A model generated the notes under the pieces. The model worked only from the letters and a program-made list of their open reading frames with translations, did no database searches and was not told the origin of the DNA. This document shows, piece after piece, positions 18,428-26,374 of a stretch of DNA of 64,000 nucleotides; within the stretch, counting starts at the first letter, position 1; each line of letters starts with the position of its first letter. The DNA is from Solirubrobacteraceae bacterium (GTDB lineage Bacteria > Actinomycetota > Thermoleophilia > Solirubrobacterales > Solirubrobacteraceae): positions 7,910-71,909 of the forward strand of contig DASVQH010000432.1 of NCBI GenBank assembly GCA_036389195.1, read 5' to 3'. The position numbers were made by a program, and so were the translations under genes.

Positions 18428-19390
18428 GTGCTCATCGAGCTGTCTGCCGCCGATATCGCGACCTACCGCAGGGACGGCTTCCTGGTGATCGAGGACTTCA
18501 TCACCATGGACGAGGTGGCGTTGCTGCGAGATCGCCTCGACTGTGTGCTCGATGGTCGATTCGATCGCGTCTGCGAGCCGGACGACTACCACTGGAAGAA
18601 GGGCCGCGATCGCGAGGACGTCACGCGATCGATGGGCGCCGTGTGGCGCTGCGATTCGCGGCTGGGGCGGTTCACGTTCTCCAGCGACCATGCCAGGATC
18701 GCGGCGGCGCTGGAAGGTATGGCGAGCGTGCGCCTCTACAACGATTACGTCTGGTACAAGCCCGAGGGCGGCAAGCCGATCGAGATGCACCAGGACGCCG
18801 CCTACAACACGTGGGTGCAGCCGACCCAGTTGGCGGCGTGCTGGATCGCGCTCGACGACACGCACGCCGATGCCGGAACGTTGTTCTACGCCAAGGGCAG
18901 TCACCGCTGGGGAGCCAAGCCGCCCGAGTCGGTGACCGCGCCCCCGCCGGGACCCGTCGATCCGGAGGACCGGCAGTGGATGGCCTATCTTCGCCGATGC
19001 GCGCCCGCCGGCGCAGAGATCGAGATCCTCCCGTTGGAGGTCAAGGCGGGGACCGCAGCTTTTCACTCTGGCTGGACATGGCATGGAAGCGGCCCGAACA
19101 CACGCGCCGGAACCGTCAGGCGCTCCTACACAGCGCACTTCCTCACCGGGGGGGCCACGCATCACGATCGCGTACGCGATCCGATCTTCAGCCGGACGCA
19201 TACGCCGGGTGATCGCCCGCTCGACGAGTCGACGTTCCCGATCCTCTGGTCGGCGCGTGGCTATCGTTCGCCGTGGATCACGCACTATCTGGCCGAGATC
19301 CCGCCGTTCATCGACTCAGAGGTCGCCGAGGTGGCTGAGGTCGTCGACTTCTCGGCTATCGACACCGTGCCGTGGGAGACCGAGGCCTGA
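18428..19390 (+). CDS. Phytanoyl-CoA dioxygenase (PhyH) family Fe(II)/2-oxoglutarate oxygenase
   Basis: 'YRRDGFLVIEDFIT' N-terminus, 'IEMHQDAAY' (HxD facial triad), 'FHSGWTWHGSGPN' (distal His), 'RRSYTAHF' (Arg). GTG start. Confidence 0.8.
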   Translation: MLIELSAADIATYRRDGFLVIEDFITMDEVALLRDRLDCVLDGRFDRVCEPDDYHWKKGRDREDVTRSMGAVWRCDSRLGRFTFSSDHARIAAALEGMASVRLYNDYVWYKPEGGKPIEMHQDAAYNTWVQPTQLAACWIALDDTHADAGTLFYAKGSHRWGAKPPESVTAPPPGPVDPEDRQWMAYLRRCAPAGAEIEILPLEVKAGTAAFHSGWTWHGSGPNTRAGTVRRSYTAHFLTGGATHHDRVRDPIFSRTHTPGDRPLDESTFPILWSARGYRSPWITHYLAEIPPFIDSEVAEVAEVVDFSAIDTVPWETEA

Positions 19391-19402
19391 GTCGGCGCCC
19401 GA

Positions 19403-21064
19403 TTGGCGGCTGATCGAAACAGGCCTCGTAATCCGGCGATGGAGGGAGCCGATCATGACGACGCTGCTCGCCGTGTCGCAATCGCGCGCCGGCTCGGCGA
19501 GCTCGGCGACTTCCTCCAGGCACGAGCCGCGGCCGGCGAGGTGCCGCGGGCCGGCGCGTCGCGGCCTTATGGCAAGTATCCGGCCAGAGAGTTCGACTAC
19601 TTGGCCGAGCTCGACGCGCTCGAGGACTTCATCGAGCCGCAGCCCGACCGCGTAGCGGACGAGGTCGCCGCGTTCTTTCGCGGGGCACAGCGGCCAGAGT
19701 CCAAGCTGTGCCTGTTCAACCTCAACGCGCTGCCGACGGTGGATGCGACGGCGGCGGCGTGCCTTTCGCTCATCGCCAACGTCAACGGTCTCATGGACGC
19801 CTTCGCCGGCGAAGCGCTGCTGGCGGAGCAGAAAGTCGCGCGGACCATCGGGCGCTGGGCTGGGTGGCCGCAGGCGATGGGGATCTCCTGCGGCGGAGGC
19901 AAGGCGACGATGATCTACGCGCTGCGTTGCGCGATCGCGCGAGCGGACCCAGATGCCGCGCGCAACGGTATCTCGCGGCCGATGGTCGTGCTCTGCAGCG
20001 CCGGCGCGCACTACAGCGTTGAGCACGTCGCTTCGATCGCCGGCCTCGGGAGCGGGCAGGTGCGGCGGGTTGCGCTCGACCGGCGCGGCGCGATGCGAGC
20101 CGATTCACTGCGCGACGTTCTCGACGACGCCCACGCCGATGGAGCCCTGGTGGCGGCGATCATGTGCAGCGGCGGCACGGTCATCGACTTCTGCTGCGAC
20201 GATCTCGTCGAGGTGCATCGGATCGCTCGCGAGCATTCCGCGAGGCACGACGTGACGATGCCCTACTTGCACTTCGACAGCGTGATCGGCTGGCTGTATC
20301 TCAGCCTTCGTGGCTTGCCCGAGTCGCTCGTCGAGGGCATGCTCGGCAGCGGAGCCGGACGGGAGCGCGCCGATGAGGTGCTCGCCCGGGCCGCCGGGCT
20401 TGAGCACTTCGACTCCCTCGGGGTCGACCTGCACAAGACAGGAATGTGCCCGTACGCGAGCAGCTTCTTCGTCGGGCGCGACAGGGGCTTCATGGACGCG
20501 CTCGGCGACGGCAGCTACGCCTACGGCGACGTAGATTTCCGGTCCGGCAGCTTCCGCACCTATCGCTTCACGTTGGAGAACACGAGGTCGACGCAGGGCA
20601 CGCTGGCTGCTTGGGTCAACCTCGTCGGTCTCGGCCGCCGCGGACTGGGTGCGTATCTCGCCGATCTGCACGAGGGTCGAGACGGCCTCGAAGCAGCCCT
20701 TCACCGCCACGGACGCTTCGCTGCGCTGAACACGAGCAGCCTCGGATGGGAGGTGGTGTTCGACATCCCGCAGCCCTCGAGCATCGGCGCCAGCTACCGC
20801 GAGTTCGCTATCTCCTTCATGGAGCACTGCTGGGCGCGGGTGGCGCGCGGAGAAGGGTTGCCTCTGTTCTCGATCGTGCCCGAGTATCAGATCGATCATC
20901 AGCCGGAGCTGTCTCGAGTCGCGTTCGTCCTCTACCCGATGGGTTCGCGCGCTTCGCAGGAGTGGGATTGGGTCGTGCGCAGCATCAGCGAGGCGCTCGA
21001 CGAGTTCGCGAGCGAGGGCGCTACGCGAGCATCACGGACGGGCTGGGAACGCCCGATCCGCTGA
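19403..21064 (+). CDS. PLP-dependent (fold type I, group II decarboxylase-like) enzyme
   Basis: 'GGGKATMIYALRCA', 'SAGAHYSVEHVA', 'HFDSVIGW', 'GVDLHKTGMCPY' (PLP-Lys in a D.HK context). The start is uncertain; an alternative ATG at 19439 gives 'MEGADHDD'. Confidence 0.7.
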   Translation: MAADRNRPRNPAMEGADHDDAARRVAIARRLGELGDFLQARAAAGEVPRAGASRPYGKYPAREFDYLAELDALEDFIEPQPDRVADEVAAFFRGAQRPESKLCLFNLNALPTVDATAAACLSLIANVNGLMDAFAGEALLAEQKVARTIGRWAGWPQAMGISCGGGKATMIYALRCAIARADPDAARNGISRPMVVLCSAGAHYSVEHVASIAGLGSGQVRRVALDRRGAMRADSLRDVLDDAHADGALVAAIMCSGGTVIDFCCDDLVEVHRIAREHSARHDVTMPYLHFDSVIGWLYLSLRGLPESLVEGMLGSGAGRERADEVLARAAGLEHFDSLGVDLHKTGMCPYASSFFVGRDRGFMDALGDGSYAYGDVDFRSGSFRTYRFTLENTRSTQGTLAAWVNLVGLGRRGLGAYLADLHEGRDGLEAALHRHGRFAALNTSSLGWEVVFDIPQPSSIGASYREFAISFMEHCWARVARGEGLPLFSIVPEYQIDHQPELSRVAFVLYPMGSRASQEWDWVVRSISEALDEFASEGATRASRTGWERPIR

Positions 21065-23734
21065 TCACGCGACGTCGGCGCCGGCGCCGCAGTGGAGCTC
21101 GACCTTCTCGCGAGCGCGCGCGGCCGCAGCGCTCTCGGGCCCGAGCAGCTTGATGAACGCCTGCAGCGCCAGCCGGAACTCGCGACATGCCTCGCGACCA
21201 TCACCACGAGCGTCGGCGACTTGGCCGAGCCCGTCGTGAGCGAGGGCGACCTGCATGTGGTGTGAGGGCAAATCGCTGCTGCGCCATTGCGTGAGCGTCT
21301 CGGCGAAGCAAGCGGCTGCGGCGTCGGGATCGCCGTTGGCCAACTGGATTCGCCCGAGGTTCACCAACGCCTGAAGCAACGTCGGGTGGCCCTGGGACAG
21401 CTCAGCGCGGCGGATCTCAAGCGCGCGCAGAGCGAGTGGGAGCGCTCCGGCGACATCCCCGCTCAGCCATCGATCGAGCGCCTGGGCGTTGACCGCCAGC
21501 CCGATGAGGAGCCGATCACCTCGTGCTTCGGCAAGCGCCCCGGCCTCCTCATCGAGCGTGAGCGCCGCAGCGAAGCTCGAGGCGTTGCCGGCTTTGCCGT
21601 GAGCGCGGTAGGCGCCGGCGAGCGAGGTCAGGCTGATCACAACGTGAGGATGGTCGTAGGGGAGATGCTTTCGGCGCAGTTCCAGCGCCCGGCGATGATG
21701 GTCCTCGCTGTCGCCGGGGCGCTCGAGGTTCTCGTAGAGCACGCCGAGGTTGGAGAGCGATCGCGCCACGAGCAGCGGGTCGGGCTCGGCGGCGGCCTCA
21801 GCCAGCGCCAGGGTCTCGTTCCAGGCGCGAAGCGCATGCTCGTAGTCGCCCACCGCCCAAGCGATGAGGCCGTCGTTGCTGACGGTGTCGATGACGTTCT
21901 TAGACTCCGGCCGATCTTTCTCGGCGACGACGCGGTCGTGGATCCGTCGCGCGCGCCCTATCAGCTCGCGAGCGCGTTCTGAGTCGCCCCGGCTATGAAG
22001 CGACAGCGCGAGATTCTGTTGCAGATCGGCACGGAGGGTGTCGAGTTCGAGGTCGCCTGTCGGGTCTGCTCCGACCTCCTCCAGGAGCGCGTGCATCAGT
22101 CGCACCGCCTCCTCGGAGTCGATGAAGTCGATCAGCGCCGAGTGGTCGAGCCGTACTCCGGCGCGCACCAGCCGCGGGACGCCGTCGATGGTGAGCGCCT
22201 GCTCGAACAGCTCCCGCGCCTGCTCGTAGAAGCCGCGCTGTTGGAGGTGGGTGGCCATGCGATCGAGCAGATGGACCGTGTCTTCGTCGGCGACACCAAG
22301 CCGGACGGCGTGCCCGCAAGCGACCGTGACGTGACCGACCAGAGGCGCATAGCTCGCAAATGAGCTTGCCAGCTGAGCATCGCCGGTCAGGGCGGCACGC
22401 AGTCCCCGCTGAACGCCGAGGATCCACGAGGGATCTTCTGGCTGCATGCGCCGCGTGACCTCCGCGACGAGGGCGTGCATCGATACGTGGGCGGGATCCA
22501 CCGCGACGACCGAGCGCGCGGCGAGCGCGCCAAGCGCGAGGTCTACCTCGATCTCGTTCAGTGCTTGTTCGGCTCTTGGCGCCGCCTGCAGCACGTGCAT
22601 CATGGCCCTGCGCGGCAGCTGTTCTGCGTCGAGGTATGAGAGCGCTCGCAGCGCGGTCGCCGCCAGGGGATGGCGCTCGGAGTCGATGGCATCGAGCGCC
22701 AGTGACAAGGTGACCAACACGGTGGCGTCGTAGTCCTCGGCTTGCGGCTGCGTTCCGAGCAGCTCGACAGCTGCGGTGTCGAACAGCTGCAGATAGCGTT
22801 CGAGGTCCACCCCGGTCGCCTCCACGTAGGAGGCCGCCTGTTCCAGGGCGAGTGGGAGTCCGCCGAGTCGACGGACGAGCGCACCTCCTCGCGCGTCGCC
22901 AGTTCGAGTCTTCAGATAGTCCGCGCCAATCGTCTCATCGAGCGGCGGCACCCGCTGGGGGTGGCCGAGACGTCGCCACGCCGGGCTCGTCGAGGTGATG
23001 AGGATGTGGCCGGCCGGGTCTTCAGGCAGCCACGGCTCGAGGGCGCTGGCGTCGGGCGCTCGGTCGAAGATCAGCAGGTAGTCGTCGCGCTCGGCCAGGA
23101 ACGCCCGGATTGCCTGGTGCCCTGCGCTCAGATCGTCGTCGAGCTCGATGCCGACATCGGCGGCGAAGGCGCGTAGCCCGCGCAAGATGGCTCCGGAGGA
23201 GGCGTCCACCCAGTAGACGACGCGGTAATCGCGCGCCTGGCGGTACGCGAAAGTCACCGCCAGCTGGGTCTTGCCGATGCCACTGAGACCGTAGAGCGCT
23301 TGGACGGGGTGCTCGCGCAGCCGCTCGCCGATCTCGTGCAACATCTCGTCGCGTCCGGCGAGGCGCCGATTGAGCGGGTGGGGAACATCCCAGACCACCG
23401 GCCCGCCGGACATCGGCATGGCCCGGGCGCGGACGCGCTCTTCGTGCGAGGTCTTCCAGGCCAGCAGGACTTCGCGGGGATGGTCGTCGGGTGCCCTGTC
23501 AGCGATCCGATGATGAGTAGGGCAGAGCAGGACGCGATTCTCGTAGCTGTCAGAACCAGCGTGTCGACCATCGCCACGTGGACCCCGCGGGCTCCGCGGG
23601 ATGATGTGCGCGTGCTCGCCGACGATGAACCGGCCGGCGTTCGGCATTTCGAGGGTCAGCTCGATCCCGCAGTCGGGCGCTGAGCAGCGGCCGGCGGCTC
23701 GGCCCCACAGAAGCGCGACATCGGCGACCTTCAT
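21065..23734 (-). CDS. HNH nuclease - NB-ARC (STAND NTPase) - TPR protein (889 aa)
   Basis: N-terminal HNH: 'CSAPDCG...GEHAHIIPRS...YENRVLLCPTHHRIAD'. NB-ARC: Walker A 'GLSGIGKTQLA', Walker B 'YLLIFDRA', 'GGLPLALEQAASY'. C-terminal TPR repeats such as 'SLSNLGVLYENLERPGDSEDHHRRALEL'. I chose the ATG at 23734 ('MKVADVALLWG'); the track ORF extends to 23983 through an Arg/Pro-rich, non-protein-like stretch. Confidence 0.85.
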   Translation of the reverse strand: MKVADVALLWGRAAGRCSAPDCGIELTLEMPNAGRFIVGEHAHIIPRSPRGPRGDGRHAGSDSYENRVLLCPTHHRIADRAPDDHPREVLLAWKTSHEERVRARAMPMSGGPVVWDVPHPLNRRLAGRDEMLHEIGERLREHPVQALYGLSGIGKTQLAVTFAYRQARDYRVVYWVDASSGAILRGLRAFAADVGIELDDDLSAGHQAIRAFLAERDDYLLIFDRAPDASALEPWLPEDPAGHILITSTSPAWRRLGHPQRVPPLDETIGADYLKTRTGDARGGALVRRLGGLPLALEQAASYVEATGVDLERYLQLFDTAAVELLGTQPQAEDYDATVLVTLSLALDAIDSERHPLAATALRALSYLDAEQLPRRAMMHVLQAAPRAEQALNEIEVDLALGALAARSVVAVDPAHVSMHALVAEVTRRMQPEDPSWILGVQRGLRAALTGDAQLASSFASYAPLVGHVTVACGHAVRLGVADEDTVHLLDRMATHLQQRGFYEQARELFEQALTIDGVPRLVRAGVRLDHSALIDFIDSEEAVRLMHALLEEVGADPTGDLELDTLRADLQQNLALSLHSRGDSERARELIGRARRIHDRVVAEKDRPESKNVIDTVSNDGLIAWAVGDYEHALRAWNETLALAEAAAEPDPLLVARSLSNLGVLYENLERPGDSEDHHRRALELRRKHLPYDHPHVVISLTSLAGAYRAHGKAGNASSFAAALTLDEEAGALAEARGDRLLIGLAVNAQALDRWLSGDVAGALPLALRALEIRRAELSQGHPTLLQALVNLGRIQLANGDPDAAAACFAETLTQWRSSDLPSHHMQVALAHDGLGQVADARGDGREACREFRLALQAFIKLLGPESAAAARAREKVELHCGAGADVA

Positions 23735-23937
23735 TCGCCCGAAGTATGGCGCCAGCCGTGCCGGAGGTGTCGAGGCGGGCCGGCTCTTGGAGCGTGACCC
23801 GACGCTGTGCCTCGCCCGGACGCGTCTCAGGCGTCGGGCACGGCTTCGACGGGGATGCCGTCCCGGCTTCGACGGCCGCAACACTGCGAGAAGGCCCGTC
23901 GAGGAGCTCTGGAAAGACCAGGTGCAGCACGGTCCGA

Positions 23938-24560
23938 CTAGCGGTCGTCGCTGCCGTCCAGGTCCAGCGACGCTAGCCGCCACCGCAGCGCGTACCTCGT
24001 GTGTGGCTCTCCGGCTTCGAGCGACCAGCTCATCGGCGTGTCATCAGTTCGCTCCACTTCGTAGGACTGCAGCTCCCGCCGGTTGTTGAGCTGACGGATC
24101 TCATGCACGCGGCGATAGCGGGGCGCCCGGCGGCGAGACACATCGGCGGTGAGGGCGAGCTTGGAGGGGAAGCTGGCGACGTCGATGGCAAGAGACGCCT
24201 CGGGGTCTGCGAGGTCGAAGTGCAGAGCTTCGGTGGTGCTCACCTCGACGGGTACACCGACCTGAAGGGGTGTCTCCAGGCCGACCACGAGCCGCTGCGG
24301 TCCATCAGGATGCGGTAGGCCTCAATCGAGAACGTCGTCCTCAGCTCCCAGATCGGTTCAGCGCGCCGCTCCACAAGGGAGACGGCGTAGGCAAGCGGGA
24401 AGTACCCCGGCCGCGAGTCAAGTCCAGGTGGGCCGCCGGCCCGTCCTCGAAGTAGGCCAGAAGACGCCGAACCAGGTCGTCCTGCAGCCCTCCCCGCGCG
24501 GGGACGGTCGACTGCGCCTGCTGTCGTGGCAGGTCTGGCGTTTCGCCCGCCAATCGCTGA
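23938..24560 (-). pseudogene. Frameshifted gene of unknown function (three frames)
   Basis: The coding-like signal (high GC3) passes through three minus-strand frames. Frame 1: '...GGLQDDLVRRLLAYFEDGPAAHLDL'. Shift near 24415. Frame 2: 'YFPLAYAVSLVERRAEPIWELRTTFSIEAYRILMD'. Shift near 24290. Frame 3: 'VVGLETPLQVGVPVEV...YALRWRLASLDLDGSDDR*'. Confidence 0.45.
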
Positions 24561-24723
24561 CGCTCGCCTGCGCGCGATGCGCGACAACTCTTCGCGTGCG
24601 CGGTTGGGGCCTCCGCGACCTTGCTCAGTGGCGCTGCCGGGCACACCGGGACGCTATCGAGCAGAAAGCCAGCACGATTCGAGCAGGACGGCAGCACGTT
24701 CGAGCGTACGGTCAGAAGCCGCC

Positions 24724-24963
24724 ATGGACACTGAGCGCCTGAACCTCATCATCGGCGTTGCCGGCCTCATCACCGGCTGTGCCGGGCTCGTAGGAACGAC
24801 CTTGTCTTTGCTCGTCGGCCCGGTAGCCGTCGTTGTCGTCCTCGCGTTCCTGCTTGGCGTCGCGATCGGCGGCGCGAGCGGTGCGTTGCTGAGCGGTCGG
24901 CGCCGCAGGACGCAGACCAGGGACGAACCCTCAGGCTCTTCGTCGGAGTCGCCCCGCCTCTGA
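24724..24963 (+). CDS. Small membrane protein (79 aa, two hydrophobic helices)
   Basis: 'MDTERLNLIIGVAGLITGCAGLVGTTLSLLVGPVAVVVVLAFLLGVAIGGASGALL' followed by a basic/Ser-rich tail. ATG at 24724 lies inside track ORF 24526..24963. Confidence 0.4.
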   Translation: MDTERLNLIIGVAGLITGCAGLVGTTLSLLVGPVAVVVVLAFLLGVAIGGASGALLSGRRRRTQTRDEPSGSSSESPRL

Positions 24964-25401
24964 GTGTGTAGACCCTCGGCGGGACTCGGGCGGCTGACAG
25001 CACCGGCGGCGCTCTTCGGATCGGGAGGCGATCCACGCGACCGTGATTCGGCGCTGGTTCTGGCGAAGGAACGACGGTGCGGGGGTTCCCGGCCCACACA
25101 CTCCCGGAGGACTTCGACCGTCCCTGTATCCGCTGTCGAGCCGCGATCGCCGCTTGGCGTTTCGACCGGATTCAGCCCGGGGTCAGAGCGAGGGCAATCG
25201 CCAGCACCGCGGCACCGTCCAGTCAGCGAACTGTCGGGGCCGCCCGCGGCGAGCAGGGTCAGAAGGCGGTCGTGTCCTCCTGGTGGCAGCGAAGACGTCG
25301 CGAGCCCTATCGCCCGATGAGCGGTGCGCCTAGACCCGCTCGTCGAGCCGGAACCCACCCGATCCGCTTCCGGAGCCCATTCGCGGCGTCGGGCGGAAAC
25401 A

Positions 25402-25417
25402 GGGTGGCCAACCACCC
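25402..25417 (-). terminator. Hairpin GGGTGG-TTGG-CCACCC immediately after the stop of the 318-aa gene
   Basis: The minus strand reads TGA GGGTGGTTGGCCACCC TGTTTCC. This is a 6-bp GC stem, 4-nt loop and a short T-containing tail. Confidence 0.3.
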
Positions 25418-26374
25418 TCACGCATTGTCCTGAGCTCTTGCCGGTAGCGCCGCGACCAGCCGGCTGGCAGCCTCGATCGCCGCGTGCATCTCTTGGCCCA
25501 GACGCTGGGCCAGCAGGTTGGGCGCCCCTTCGTCGGCGGTCGGCGTGCCGATCAGCTCCACGTCGCGAACGCCGCCTTTGAGCAGCAGCGGCGCGGCCGT
25601 GAAGAACTGGTACGGGGCATAGATCGCGCTTGTCAGCACCAGCACCGAGCTGCGGCGCTCGACCGAAGTGCGCGAGAGGAAGAAACGAACGGCGTCGGCC
25701 GTCCCTGCCCGGCGCTCGGGGTCGGGAGCCGGCGCCACCAGAAGGCGGAGCCGGTGTCCCTCAGCGTCGCGCAGCGCCTCGTCGCGCCAGCCTGACCACC
25801 CAGCGCCGCCACGGTCGCTGCTCGACTCCCGCAGCGGCCCGAAGGCTCGGTGCAGATAACGCGCGAGGTTGCGCCATTCGGTCTGGTCGTCGGCGCTGTC
25901 GAGTTCGCTTTCGTGCTCGCGGGCGCTCAACGGGCGCTCGGCTGACAGCCCCGCCAGCTCGTCGAAGTGAGTGCCGGTCTCGACCAGTTCGGCGGCGAGT
26001 GTGACGCGAAGGCGATTTCCGGTGGTCGCCCCGCCCAGCACCAGGCCGCAGTCGTAGCTCCGGCGCGTCGGCGGTGCAGTGCGCCGCAGTCCGAGCGGAC
26101 CGGCGGCCTGAAGCAGCGCCTGCACCCAGTCGGGCGGCCAGGTGGCGACTGCGGCATCGCGGCGCTCAGCGCCACGACGGGTGTCGAGCGCGGATGCGCT
26201 CCACGCCCGTAGCGCCTGCGGGCCAGCGCGCGCGGGCGAGGGCGCCTGAAGAGCGTCGAGTAACTCCTCGAGTGCCGGGCTGGCCAGCCAGCCTCGTGCG
26301 CGCGCCACCACGTCTTCGTGCCGACCCGCCCGCCAGGACGGCGTGTCGCTCGGTACGCCGACCGGTCGGTTCAT
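25418..26374 (-). CDS. Hypothetical protein (318 aa), partner of the SIR2-like gene
   Basis: The ATG overlaps the stop of the upstream gene (ATGA at 26371-26374). Only a weak by-eye resemblance to the DUF218/YdcF-type Rossmann-like fold: 'YDCGLVLGGATTGNRLRVTLAAEL', 'RRAGTADAVRFFL', 'SSVLVLTSAIYAPYQ'. Confidence 0.6.
   Translation of the reverse strand: MNRPVGVPSDTPSWRAGRHEDVVARARGWLASPALEELLDALQAPSPARAGPQALRAWSASALDTRRGAERRDAAVATWPPDWVQALLQAAGPLGLRRTAPPTRRSYDCGLVLGGATTGNRLRVTLAAELVETGTHFDELAGLSAERPLSAREHESELDSADDQTEWRNLARYLHRAFGPLRESSSDRGGAGWSGWRDEALRDAEGHRLRLLVAPAPDPERRAGTADAVRFFLSRTSVERRSSVLVLTSAIYAPYQFFTAAPLLLKGGVRDVELIGTPTADEGAPNLLAQRLGQEMHAAIEAASRLVAALPARAQDNA

Noticed and set aside
21062-21067. 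Convergent genes whose stop codons abut as the palindrome TGATCA (decarboxylase-like gene versus STAND gene).
   Set aside because: It is real in the sequence, but most simply a coincidence of two TGA stops. I can support no functional inference.
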